A stretch of 32,000 nt of DNA from Mucisphaera calidilacus (GCF_007748075.1 NZ_CP036280.1:3240001-3272000); one strand, 5' to 3'; positions 8,680 through 17,462 are shown, counted from the stretch's first letter. The notes: generated from the letters alone by a model not told the origin. Numbers and translations: made by a program.

Positions 8680-10461
8680 TTAGGCCCCGAGCCAACCCAT
8701 CAGCTTCTTCACGCCCCAGCAGTTCACAACGTCCGCCTTCGTCGCGCCGGCTCGCCGCGCCGTCAGCACCCCGAAACGCAGCTGTCCGAAATCCGCCTCA
8801 CCATGCGCATCGGTGTTGATCGACAAGGGCACACCCGCCTTGACCGCCAGCGCCGCGTGCGCGTCCCGCAGGTCCAGCCGGTAATGATTCGCGTTGATCT
8901 CCAGCGCCACCCCATGCTCCCGCGCCGCCTCGATCAGCCTCGGGATATCAGGCGACAAACCCTCACGCCGATTGATCAACCGGCCCGTCGGATGCCCGAT
9001 GATCCTCACGCACGGATGCTCGATCGCCAGGACCAGACGCTTGGTGCACACCTCCGATGACTGACTCAGCGCCGCGTGAGGCGACGCCACCACGACGTCC
9101 AGTTGCTCCAGCACCTCGTCGGGGTAATCCAGCGAGCCGTCGGCCAGGATGTCCACCTCACTACCGGCCAGCAGCGTGATCTTGCCCTTGAGTCTCCTGG
9201 CGACCTCGCGCACCTCCGCCGCGTGCTCCAGCAGCCGCTCCGCCGACAACCCGTTCGCCTGAACCTGACTCTTCGAGTGGTCGGTGATCGCCAGCACCTT
9301 CAATCCCCGCGCCATCGCCGCTTCCGCCATCGCCTCGATCGACAACGCACCGTCACTCGCCGTCGTGTGCGTGTGCAGGTCGGCCACCACGTCCCCAACC
9401 TCGATCAGCCTCGGCAGATCATCCGCCTCCGCCTTGCCCAGCTCGCCACGATCCTCACGCAGTTCGGGCGGCACCCACGCCAGCCCCAGCGCCTCGAACA
9501 CCTCCGCCTCCGACGCACCCGCGACCAGCTGATCCGCCTCGCCCACGCCCTGCCTGGGTGCTTTGCCCTTCCACAACCCATACTCGTTCAGCGACATCCC
9601 CCGGACCTGCGCCCGCTCGCGCATCGCGACGTTGTGCTCCTTCGACCCCGTGAAGTACATCAACGCCGCACCGAAACTCGAGCTCGGCACCATGCGCAGA
9701 TCGACCTGCACCTCCGGCCCGTCACCCGCCGCGACCCGCACCGACGCCTTGGTCACCCCCTCCGCCAGCACGTCGCGCACCAGATCCATCCCCGTAAACG
9801 CCTTGGCAATCCCCGCCCGCACACCCTCGTCGCCATCCGTTCGCACGAGGATGTCGATGTCCCCGATCGTCTCCCTGCCCCGACGCAGGCTCCCCGCGTG
9901 CGTTGCCTCCGCCACACCCTCAAAACCACGCACCCGCTCCAGCAGCAACTCCGCAAGATTCATCGCCGTACCGATACGAACCCGACCCGCCGACCGCTCC
10001 AGGAACGCGAGGCTCTTGCGCAGCCCCTCCAGCTTCTTCTTGCCCATCCCCTTGATCGACGCCACCGCCGCCACACGCTCCTCATCCTCCAGCGCCGACT
10101 TCAAGTCCTCCACCGACGCAACCCCCGCCTCCTTCCAGAGCAACTGCACCGTTTTTGGCCCCAGACCCGGCACATTCAGCAGCCCGGGCAGCCCCTCGGG
10201 CACGCGCTCACGCAATTCATCCAACTCACCCACGCGCCCCGTCTGCGCCCATTCCGCGATCCGGCCCGCCACACCCTTGCCGATGCCGTCCAGCCCCTTG
10301 AGCTCATCCGCACCCAGCGCGGCCAGCGCAACCGCGTGATCCCCAACCACACGGGCCGCTTTCTGCAACGCGATAACTTTGAACCGATTGGCCCCTAGGA
10401 TCTCATTGAGGTCCGCCATCTCCTGTAGGATGGCCGCAAGCTCGGCGTTGGTCTTCGGCAT
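8680..10461 (-). CDS. polX: Family X DNA polymerase with C-terminal PHP phosphoesterase domain (PolX)
   Basis: The N-terminal part is pol-beta-like, with helix-hairpin-helix motifs (GIGKGVAGRI, GLGPKTV) and the nucleotidyltransferase motif GSLRRGRETIGDIDILV. The C-terminal PHP domain starts at DLHTHTTASDG. Confidence 0.9.
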   Translation of the reverse strand: MPKTNAELAAILQEMADLNEILGANRFKVIALQKAARVVGDHAVALAALGADELKGLDGIGKGVAGRIAEWAQTGRVGELDELRERVPEGLPGLLNVPGLGPKTVQLLWKEAGVASVEDLKSALEDEERVAAVASIKGMGKKKLEGLRKSLAFLERSAGRVRIGTAMNLAELLLERVRGFEGVAEATHAGSLRRGRETIGDIDILVRTDGDEGVRAGIAKAFTGMDLVRDVLAEGVTKASVRVAAGDGPEVQVDLRMVPSSSFGAALMYFTGSKEHNVAMRERAQVRGMSLNEYGLWKGKAPRQGVGEADQLVAGASEAEVFEALGLAWVPPELREDRGELGKAEADDLPRLIEVGDVVADLHTHTTASDGALSIEAMAEAAMARGLKVLAITDHSKSQVQANGLSAERLLEHAAEVREVARRLKGKITLLAGSEVDILADGSLDYPDEVLEQLDVVVASPHAALSQSSEVCTKRLVLAIEHPCVRIIGHPTGRLINRREGLSPDIPRLIEAAREHGVALEINANHYRLDLRDAHAALAVKAGVPLSINTDAHGEADFGQLRFGVLTARRAGATKADVVNCWGVKKLMGWLGA

Positions 10462-10575
10462 AATGCCACCAGCTTAGGCTCACTCCTCTTTCTGAGCCTC
10501 CTCCGCCGTCAGCCCGCAGCAATCGAGCCTGCCACTTCCTCCAAACCCCGGGTCAGCAGGACGCAACACCCCACC

Positions 10576-13455
10576 ATGAGCGCTACCCTCACAAGCACCA
10601 CGCCCCGATCATCACAACAGCCCATGCCTCCCCTCGGCAACACCCCCCAGCAAGGATTCGAGCCACGCCACATCGGCACCTCACCCGCCGATCAACTGGC
10701 GATGCTCGACACCCTCGACGTCGATTCACTCGACACCCTCATCGACACCATCGTCCCCGCCACCGTGCGCTCCGACCTGCTGCCCGACCTCCCCGCAGCA
10801 GCGACCGAGGCCGAGGCGCTCGCCGAACTGCGCCGACTCGCCGATCAGAACACAGCCCTGCGCTCCATGATCGGGCAGGGCTATCACGACACCCACACGC
10901 CCGCGCCGATCCTCAGGCACATCATCGAGAACCCGCGCTGGTACACCGCCTACACGCCCTACCAGTCCGAGATCAGTCAGGGCCGGCTCGAGGCGCTGCT
11001 CAATTTCCAGACACTCGTCGCCGACCTCACCGCGCTGCCCGTCGCCAACGCCTCACTGCTCGACGAGGGGACCGCCGCCGCCGAAGCCATGAGCCTCTGC
11101 GTCGCCCACGCTCGCGGCAGGAAGCGCCGCTTCCTCGCCTCGGATCGTTGCCACCCCCAGACCCTCAATGTCCTGCGCACCCGCTGCGCCTCCATGGACG
11201 TCGAACTCAAACTTGTCGATCCCCACAATCTCGCCGCCGACGTGCTCGCCGCCGCCGCGGGCATTCTCGTCCAGCGGCCCGACACCTTCGGACGCATCGA
11301 CTGCTTCGACGACCTCTGCAAGCTCGCCCGCGACAACGACTGCCTCGTCGTCGCGGCCTGCGATCCGCTCTCCCTTACGCTCCTCACACCGCCCGGCGAC
11401 TGGCAGGGGGGTGGCGCCGACATCGCCATCGGCTCCGCGCAGCGCCTTGGCGTCCCCATGGGCTTCGGCGGGCCTCATGCCGCCTACTTCGCCACGCGCG
11501 AGAACTTCCTCCGCAAGATCCCGGGCCGAATCGTTGGTGTCTCCAAAGACGCCCGCGGCAACCGCGCCCTGCGCCTCACCCTCCAGACCCGTGAGCAGCA
11601 CATCCGACGCGACAAGGCCACCTCCAACATCTGCACCGCGCAGGTCCTCCTCGCCGTCGTCGCCTCCATGTACGCCGTCTACCACGGGCCGCAAGGCCTG
11701 CGCCAGATCGCGACCCACACACGCAGCCAGGCCGAACGACTCCGCTCCGCGCTCAACGAAGCCGGCGTCACCACCGCCAACGGGCCGATCTTCGACACCA
11801 TGCTCGCCACCGTCGACAACGCCGACGACTCCCTCCGCCGCGCCGAAGAACAGGGCATCCTGCTCCGCCGCGTCGACGACACCCACGTCGCCATCACCAC
11901 CGACGAGACGACCACCGACGAAGACCTCGGCAGACTGCTCGCAGCGCTCGGCACCAACACCCGACTCCCCGACACACCCGAACTACCCGCCGAACGCACC
12001 TCCGACTTCCTCACCCACGAGGTCTTCAACACGCACCACTCCGAAACACGGCTCCTGCGTTACATCGACAACCTCGAACGCAAGGACCTCACCCTCGCCC
12101 AGTCCATGATCCCCCTCGGCAGCTGCACCATGAAGCTCAATGCCGCCGCGGAGCTGGCTCCCATCTCCTGGCCGCAGTGGAACGGCCTCCACCCCTTCGC
12201 CCCCGAAAAACACACCCTCGGCTACCAGCAACTCACCGAACAACTCGAGAAGTGGCTCGCCGAACTCACCGGCTTCGCCGCCACCTCCCTCCAGCCCAAC
12301 GCCGGGTCGCAGGGCGAGTACGCCGGCCTCCTCGCCATCAAGGCCTACCACGCCGACAACGGGCAGGCCCAACGCGACGTCGTGCTCATCCCGACCTCGG
12401 CACACGGCACGAATCCCGCCTCCGCCGTCATCGCCGGCCTCCGCGTTGTCCCCGTCGCCTGCAACGAGCGAGGCGACGTCGACCTCAACGACCTCCGTGA
12501 CAAGGCCTCGCTCCACGCCGACCACCTCGCCGCCCTGATGATCACCTACCCCTCGACCCATGGCGTCTTCGAACCGGGCGTCGCTGAGGCCTGCGCCACC
12601 GTCCACGAGTTCGGCGGACAGGTCTACATGGACGGCGCCAACCTCAACGCCCAGGTCGGACTCTGCCGCCCCGGCGACTACGGCGCCGACGTCGTCCACC
12701 TCAACCTCCACAAAACCTTCTGCATCCCCCATGGCGGGGGCGGACCTGGCGTCGGGCCCATCGCTTGCGCCAGCCACCTCCAGCCCTACCTCCCGGGCGA
12801 CCCGCTCGACAACGACGGCCGCGCCGTCTCCGCGGCAAACTTCGGCTCCGCCTCCATCCTCGTCATCCCCTGGATGTACCTCCGCATGATGGGCCTCGAC
12901 GGGCTCCGCCGTGCCACCGCAGCCGCCATCCTCAACGCCAACTACATGGCCAAACGACTCGCCGACCACTACCCCATCCTCTACACCGGACCCTCCGGCC
13001 GCGTCGCCCACGAGTTCATCCTCGACTGCCGACCCTTCGAGAAGTCGGCCGGCGTCACCGTCGAAGACATCGCCAAACGCCTCATGGACTACGGCTTCCA
13101 CGCACCCACCATGTCCTGGCCCGTCGCAGGCACCCTCATGGTCGAACCCACCGAGTCCGAAGATCGCGCCGAACTCGACCGCTTCTGCGACGCCATGATC
13201 CAGATCCGTCACGAAATCGACCGCATCGCACAGGGTGAACTCCCGCGCAACCACAACCCCCTCAAGAACGCACCCCACCCCGCCGACGCCGTCACCGCCA
13301 ACGACTGGCAACACCCCTACACCCGCGAAGAGGCCGCCTACCCGCTGCCCTGGGTCCGCGACCGCAAGTTCTGGCCCGCCATCGCGCGGACCGACAACGC
13401 CTTTGGCGACCGCAACCCCGCCTGCACCTGCCCGAGTGTGGAAGAATTGGCCTGA
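10576..13455 (+). CDS. gcvP: Glycine dehydrogenase (decarboxylating), glycine cleavage system P protein, single-chain form
   Basis: 959 aa. Motifs seen: YTPYQSEISQGRLEALLNFQT and the PLP-lysine motif HLNLHKTFCIPHGGGGPG. Confidence 0.95.
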   Translation: MSATLTSTTPRSSQQPMPPLGNTPQQGFEPRHIGTSPADQLAMLDTLDVDSLDTLIDTIVPATVRSDLLPDLPAAATEAEALAELRRLADQNTALRSMIGQGYHDTHTPAPILRHIIENPRWYTAYTPYQSEISQGRLEALLNFQTLVADLTALPVANASLLDEGTAAAEAMSLCVAHARGRKRRFLASDRCHPQTLNVLRTRCASMDVELKLVDPHNLAADVLAAAAGILVQRPDTFGRIDCFDDLCKLARDNDCLVVAACDPLSLTLLTPPGDWQGGGADIAIGSAQRLGVPMGFGGPHAAYFATRENFLRKIPGRIVGVSKDARGNRALRLTLQTREQHIRRDKATSNICTAQVLLAVVASMYAVYHGPQGLRQIATHTRSQAERLRSALNEAGVTTANGPIFDTMLATVDNADDSLRRAEEQGILLRRVDDTHVAITTDETTTDEDLGRLLAALGTNTRLPDTPELPAERTSDFLTHEVFNTHHSETRLLRYIDNLERKDLTLAQSMIPLGSCTMKLNAAAELAPISWPQWNGLHPFAPEKHTLGYQQLTEQLEKWLAELTGFAATSLQPNAGSQGEYAGLLAIKAYHADNGQAQRDVVLIPTSAHGTNPASAVIAGLRVVPVACNERGDVDLNDLRDKASLHADHLAALMITYPSTHGVFEPGVAEACATVHEFGGQVYMDGANLNAQVGLCRPGDYGADVVHLNLHKTFCIPHGGGGPGVGPIACASHLQPYLPGDPLDNDGRAVSAANFGSASILVIPWMYLRMMGLDGLRRATAAAILNANYMAKRLADHYPILYTGPSGRVAHEFILDCRPFEKSAGVTVEDIAKRLMDYGFHAPTMSWPVAGTLMVEPTESEDRAELDRFCDAMIQIRHEIDRIAQGELPRNHNPLKNAPHPADAVTANDWQHPYTREEAAYPLPWVRDRKFWPAIARTDNAFGDRNPACTCPSVEELA

Positions 13456-13617
13456 GCCGCGTCAGATCAACACGGCAAATCATTGCGGACGGAAAATCTT
13501 TCCGGATGCGACCCGTGGTGCGCCGCGCCCGCCATCAAACAGCCCGTCGAATCGCCCGTGCCGGAATAAACCGCCCCCATCCCCGGTTAGAGTTCCGTCT
13601 CACGCTGTCACCGGAAG

Positions 13618-13929
13618 ATGGGATCCAGCATGACCAGCAACCAACCGCCCCGCGAGGAGGCCGCGCGCCCACAACGCTCGCTTGGCCGCACCATCCTGAC
13701 CCTAGGCATCGGCTTCGTCACGCTCCTCGCGGCCGTCAACGCGCTGACCCTCATCCTCTACCCCGGCCTGCTCATCTACAACGCGCGACAGCCCCAGACA
13801 CCCGCCAATACACCCTCCGCCCACGCCTACACCAGCCGACGCGCCTCCATCTGGACGGAAAACACCCAGCCCGTCCGCCGACTCACAAACCCAGCGCCAC
13901 CCGAACCAGTTCTTCGATCGCTGACATGA
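13618..13929 (+). CDS. Small hypothetical membrane protein (alternative start ATG 13630)
   Basis: There is one clear hydrophobic helix, TILTLGIGFVTLLAAVNALTLILYPGLLIY. Codons are strongly C-ending, which matches genuine + strand genes here. No recognisable family. The last 47 nt overlap the 3' end of mazF on the other strand. Confidence 0.5.
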   Translation: MGSSMTSNQPPREEAARPQRSLGRTILTLGIGFVTLLAAVNALTLILYPGLLIYNARQPQTPANTPSAHAYTSRRASIWTENTQPVRRLTNPAPPEPVLRSLT

Positions 13930-14224
13930 CCGACTTGTCAACGCTGCCATAAGACCGCAGCAATCGACGACGTGAGATCGTCCGCACCTGATCGCACAAC
14001 ACCCAGCTGTCTTGATCCAGACCACCCGTTCCCGCCTGCAAGGGCAGGTGCAGCGGGATGTCCCGCCGCCGCGTGGTTACGGGCAGCACCGTCACCAGCC
14101 CGCTCGGCCCGTGATTGAGAACGTCATCCGACAACACCAGCGCCGGACGCACCCGCCCCTGCTCATGACCAACCACCGGCTCGAGATTCACCAGCCACAC
14201 CTGCCCCCGCGAAGGCCGCTTCAT
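13883..14224 (-). CDS. mazF: MazF/PemK-family endoribonuclease toxin (type II TA)
   Basis: The segments KRPSRGQVWLVNLEPVVGHEQGRVRPALVLS and TVLPVTT are typical of MazF/PemK. The ATG at 14224 shares its A with the antitoxin TGA (TGATG), which suggests translational coupling. The ORF-track start at 14236 is a TTG four codons upstream. Confidence 0.85.
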   Translation of the reverse strand: MKRPSRGQVWLVNLEPVVGHEQGRVRPALVLSDDVLNHGPSGLVTVLPVTTRRRDIPLHLPLQAGTGGLDQDSWVLCDQVRTISRRRLLRSYGSVDKSVMSAIEELVRVALGL

Positions 14225-14469
14225 CACGCACTCCAATCAGCAGCATCAACATCACCGACCGTGGCATCGTCCCACGCCGTGGCGTCATCTTCCCCCGCCG
14301 ACTCCTCGTGCAAACGCTCGTAACCACTGTTCGACGCGGTGAGAATCAGCTGACGCTTCAGACCCTGAATCGCTTCCGCCAGCAGGTCTGTCATCGGCCG
14401 TTGTGTCTGCTGCGACAAGGCTTTGAGCGTGTCGTGATCCCTCGGATCGATCCGCACCGTCAACGACAT
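14224..14469 (-). CDS. Ribbon-helix-helix (CopG/MazE-like) antitoxin
   Basis: 81 aa. The N-terminus fits an RHH fold, with strand LTVRIDP and helices HDTLKALSQQ and MTDLLAEAIQGL. The C-terminal tail is acidic and disordered (EESAGEDDATAWDDATVGDVDAADW). It sits directly upstream of mazF and overlaps it. Confidence 0.75.
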   Translation of the reverse strand: MSLTVRIDPRDHDTLKALSQQTQRPMTDLLAEAIQGLKRQLILTASNSGYERLHEESAGEDDATAWDDATVGDVDAADWSA

Positions 14470-14560
14470 AACCTGTCCCTTTCGCGGAACTCAAGTGTCT
14501 ACAAGAATAATGTTAAATTTGCATACAGTCAAGTATATTTATTTGTATACAAGACTGTGA
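14470..14560 (-). promoter_or_regulatory. AT-rich promoter/operator region of the TA pair. The same inverted repeat could also act as a terminator for the upstream 221-aa gene.
   Basis: An imperfect inverted repeat has arms cagtcaagtata (14526-14537) and tatacaagactg (14546-14557), matching at 10 of 12 positions with an 8-nt AT spacer. A direct repeat TGT(C/A)TACAAGA lies at 14496-14506 and 14544-14554. This is the lowest-GC stretch in the neighbourhood. Confidence 0.5.
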
Positions 14561-15226
14561 TTACGCCCCCTCAACCACCACCGGCATCCGCCCCTGACCG
14601 TTGCTGCTCCGCAGCGGCTTGACCCCCATCGTCATCGAGACGTACTCGTTCGCGCTCGTGTAGCTGCGATTGACCTGATAAGGCACATCCGTACCCCGCA
14701 GCAGCGACAACTCCATGCTCCCGAGGTGATCGTCGCGGTTGCGCTTCATCATCGCCGTCGCCTCCCGCGCCAGCTCCCGAACCAGCGCCGCCGCCGCCGC
14801 ATACCCCGGGTTCGCCGCCAGCATCCCCAGGCCCAGCTCCGCCGCCTTCGACGACGCCACCTTCTCGAAATCCGCGCCAAACCGCCGAATATCGCGGTCA
14901 CACTCGAAGACCATCATCTGCACAACAAGGAACCCGCCCGGGTTCTCAGGCCCGTAGGCCAGGTAACCGTCACCGCCGAACCCCGCCGTCATCCCGGGCC
15001 GCATGTGCGGGAAGACCGTCCGATTCACGCCCAGCTTCCCCTCACGCGCCCCGCGTTCGTCCAGCGCGAGGCTCGCCACGCAAAGCTCGTTGTGCCGCAG
15101 ATCCCAGAACTCGCCGAAAGGCGTGTGCCGCTTGAGCAGCTTTAACTCCGTCAGACACACCGCGATCGGGTCCGCCGAAGGATCAAACACCGAAACCCCG
15201 TCCTGCTCGCTCATGATCGTCTCCAT
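14561..15226 (-). CDS. Hypothetical cytoplasmic protein of 221 aa with no recognisable family
   Basis: The ORF is long and uses the G/T-ending codons typical of - strand genes here. It has no signal peptide, no TM helix and no motif I recognise. An alternative start lies at 15214 (MSEQDG). Confidence 0.65.
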   Translation of the reverse strand: METIMSEQDGVSVFDPSADPIAVCLTELKLLKRHTPFGEFWDLRHNELCVASLALDERGAREGKLGVNRTVFPHMRPGMTAGFGGDGYLAYGPENPGGFLVVQMMVFECDRDIRRFGADFEKVASSKAAELGLGMLAANPGYAAAAALVRELAREATAMMKRNRDDHLGSMELSLLRGTDVPYQVNRSYTSANEYVSMTMGVKPLRSSNGQGRMPVVVEGA

Positions 15227-15295
15227 CGCGGATCATCCCGCATCAGGAGACAGACCCCCTCAGGCCGTGCGCACGATCGAGCTGATGCGCCCATG

Positions 15296-15321
15296 AAAAA
15301 GCCCCCGACTCCGCGGGGGCT
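15296..15321 (-). terminator. Rho-independent terminator of flgM
   Basis: On the - strand the sequence reads agcccccg cggagt cgggggct followed by ttttt. The + strand coordinates are stem 15300-15307 / 15314-15321 with the A-run at 15296-15300 (the + strand A at 15300 is both the last stem base and the first T of the run). It lies 50 nt after the flgM stop. Confidence 0.75.
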
Positions 15322-15371
15322 GCCTTGGCTTCCTTGCGCTCGGCGGTGCGTATCGTCTCAGCCAACCTCGA

Positions 15372-15656
15372 TCACAACAGGCCGTCCGAAATATCCTCTG
15401 CCAGAGCGTCCACAGCACCGTCCAGACGCTCTTCCGTCTCGTAGGTGCCGTTGGCAATCTGCTCGCGAATCTCGGCCACCAGCCCCATGCGAGGCGGGAG
15501 GTCCGACAGCTTGCTCAGAATCTGCGCCGCAGGCGAGAAATCCGCCTGATCCGATCGACTCGGACGCACCGCTTCGGACGGTTTCGACTGCGGGCGACCC
15601 TGTCCCTGAACTGGAACGGCCGGCTGGCTTCCGCTGATCCGTGCGATGTCAGACAT
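15372..15656 (-). CDS. flgM: Anti-sigma-28 factor FlgM
   Basis: 94 aa. The N-terminal half is disordered and P/Q/S-rich. The C-terminal segment LVAEIREQIANGTYETEERLDGAVDALAEDI matches the FlgM C-terminal pattern. AAGGAG lies 8 nt upstream of the ATG. Confidence 0.75.
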   Translation of the reverse strand: MSDIARISGSQPAVPVQGQGRPQSKPSEAVRPSRSDQADFSPAAQILSKLSDLPPRMGLVAEIREQIANGTYETEERLDGAVDALAEDISDGLL

Positions 15657-15994
15657 AATCAGTACTCCTTAACACAGGCCGATCCCGGCCCTGGTCCGGA
15701 TATCAGGCAACAAGCCTCATCATCCGGCCGGCTGCGTGCCGGTAATCGTCTACCCTGAAACTATCGCCCATCTCCGCACCTCGCCTTGAACAACACTCCC
15801 CAGACCGTTTAGTTGATGTTACTTGCTTGATTAGCATGATTTATATCGATTTTACGATCGCTTCGTCCGGTAATCCGTCCTCTGCCAGCACTGGCACATA
15901 GTAGGCACCCGCGACCCCCGTTCACCTGTAAATCGTGTGAATAAAACGACCTAGGTTGACATCATGGTCGGTTAATGTTCGGTGTCCGTAAAAA
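15657..15994. other. Unusually long (338 nt), partly AT-rich non-coding region between folP and flgM. It may be the flgM promoter/leader or a small RNA locus.
   Basis: No ORF of useful length exists on either strand. A direct repeat lies at 15739-15750 (CCGGTAATCGTC) and 15867-15879 (CCGGTAATCCGTC). A palindrome tgccag-ca-ctggca lies at 15883-15896. The AT-rich core spans about 15805-15995. Confidence 0.4.
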
Positions 15995-16885
15995 TCATCG
16001 GCCCGACTCAAAAAGTCTAAATTCATACGCCACCTCGCCCGCCTGGCGATTCTCAACCACATCGTGAACGCGGATCACCCTCACGCCCGCCTGTACCGCC
16101 AGCACCGTCAACGCCGCCGTGCCCCCCAGCCGATCGTCCGCCGACGCCCCCGTCTCAGGCGACAACATCCCGATCATCCGCTTGCGGCTCGCGCCCACCA
16201 TCACCGGATACCCCAGACCCGACCCCCCACACCACCCCCGCAAAGCGGCGATCAAGGCCAGGTTGTCCTCCAACCGCTTGCCAAACCCGATGCCCGGGTC
16301 CAGCACCACCCGTGAACGCTCCACCCCCGCCGCCAAGGCCGCCTCCGCACGCTCGAGCAGAAACAAACCCACCTCCGCCACCACGTCCCCGTAGCGAGGA
16401 TCGTCCTGCATCGTTGTCGGCTCGCCCAGCATGTGCATGAGCACGACACCGCAACCGTGCTGAGCGCACAACGGCAGCACCTCGGGATCCTCACGCCCGC
16501 CCGACACGTCATTCACCACCCGCGCCCCCGCCCCCAGCGCTGCCTCCGCCACCGCAGCCCGCGTCGTGTCGATCGAGATCACCGTCCCCAGCCCACGCTC
16601 CCGCAAGCCCGTCGCCAAGGCCGCCACCACGTCGCGGGTCCGTTCGATCTGTTCCGCCGCCGATACACGCTCTGCGCCCGGCCGCGTCGACTCACCCCCC
16701 ACATCGATCACCGCGGCACCCTGCTCCGCCATCTCAAGCCCCCGGGCCACCGCACGCTCAACCCCCACAAACCGCCCGCCATCCGAAAAACTGTCAGGCG
16801 TCACATTCAGCACGCCCATCATCCGCGGCACAGCGTCCACCCCCAGATCCAACGTCCGACCGTCGCCGAGGTCCCAGATCATCAC
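15995..16885 (-). CDS. folP: Dihydropteroate synthase
   Basis: Motifs seen: MGVLNVTPDSFSDGG, IDVGGESTRPG, VISIDT, NDVSGG. These are pterin-binding DHPS motifs. Confidence 0.9.
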   Translation of the reverse strand: MMIWDLGDGRTLDLGVDAVPRMMGVLNVTPDSFSDGGRFVGVERAVARGLEMAEQGAAVIDVGGESTRPGAERVSAAEQIERTRDVVAALATGLRERGLGTVISIDTTRAAVAEAALGAGARVVNDVSGGREDPEVLPLCAQHGCGVVLMHMLGEPTTMQDDPRYGDVVAEVGLFLLERAEAALAAGVERSRVVLDPGIGFGKRLEDNLALIAALRGWCGGSGLGYPVMVGASRKRMIGMLSPETGASADDRLGGTAALTVLAVQAGVRVIRVHDVVENRQAGEVAYEFRLFESGR

Positions 16886-16989
16886 CCAAGTCTATCTGCA
16901 CCGGTCGTGACGATCACAACACCTCGCTTTCAGGCCAAAACCAAACCGAAGCCTGAACCTCACGACATCAAGGTCCGATATCTCTCCCC

Positions 16990-17409
16990 ATGAGCACCCT
17001 GACTCTCGACAAAGCCGCTCCGGTCGAACAACTCGCAGCCCTGCTCGACTACCTCGACCTCCAGGAAGAGCGACTCGGGCAACCCGAACGCAACGAGCAC
17101 CGCCGAGGCGTCTCCTCGCCCATCGAGCTAGGCGTCCTCTCCGGACCCGACCACCCCGACGCCGGCCCCAACCCCGAAAACTTCCGCGGCCTCTACCCCG
17201 CCTGGCTCACGGACGCCTCGCGATCGGGCCTGGGCCTGCTCACCGAAACCGAACTGCCCAACAACATCCGCCTCTGGGCCGACCTCTCAAGACTCGCGGG
17301 CGAGCCCCTGCTCCTGCCCGTGCGAGTCGTCTACTGCATGAAAGTCCTGCGCTCGACCTACCGCGTCGGCACGGGATTCAACTTCAGCGACGAGCAGCTC
17401 GCCGCCTGA
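16990..17409 (+). CDS. Hypothetical protein of 139 aa
   Basis: The frame is open and uses the C/A-ending codons typical of + strand genes here. No recognisable domain. Confidence 0.55.
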   Translation: MSTLTLDKAAPVEQLAALLDYLDLQEERLGQPERNEHRRGVSSPIELGVLSGPDHPDAGPNPENFRGLYPAWLTDASRSGLGLLTETELPNNIRLWADLSRLAGEPLLLPVRVVYCMKVLRSTYRVGTGFNFSDEQLAA

Positions 17410-17443
17410 AACCTACGCTTGCGTGATCCTTCTCCTCCCGCAA

Positions 17444-17462
17444 CCGCCCCGTCCTGGGGCGG
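17444..17462. terminator. GC hairpin between convergent genes (weak terminator candidate)
   Basis: Stem ccgcccc (17444-17450), loop gtcct, stem ggggcgg (17456-17462). The T-tract is poor (cttgc). Confidence 0.35.

Noticed and set aside
9076-10398. 440-aa ORF antisense to polX, plus 9563..10339
   Set aside because: They are R/H/Q/P-rich shadows. polX motifs on the other strand are unambiguous.
10462-10575. Expected glycine riboswitch upstream of gcvP
   Set aside because: The 114-nt leader lacks the conserved glycine-aptamer core (GGAGAG ... CACCG ... type elements). Only a small hairpin (ggctca-N10-tgagcc, 10476-10497) is present. An Rfam scan would settle it.
10977-13314. Antisense ORFs within gcvP (10977..11459, 11053..11886, 11983..13314) and alternative-frame + ORFs
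   Set aside because: They are shadows of a highly conserved gene and have low-complexity composition.
13506-13952. 148-aa + strand ORF overlapping the small membrane ORF in another frame
   Set aside because: The translation is extremely R/H/P-rich (RRARHQTARRIARAG...). The alternative frame (13618..13929) has a TM helix and proper C-ending codons.
15892-15907. Sigma-54-like element cTGGCAC-atagt-aGGCa (GG-N10-GC spacing) in the folP-flgM spacer
   Set aside because: It is on the + strand, pointing away from flgM and antisense into folP. The -12 element is imperfect (AGGC rather than TTGC). It is part of the tgccagcactggca palindrome, so it may be coincidental.
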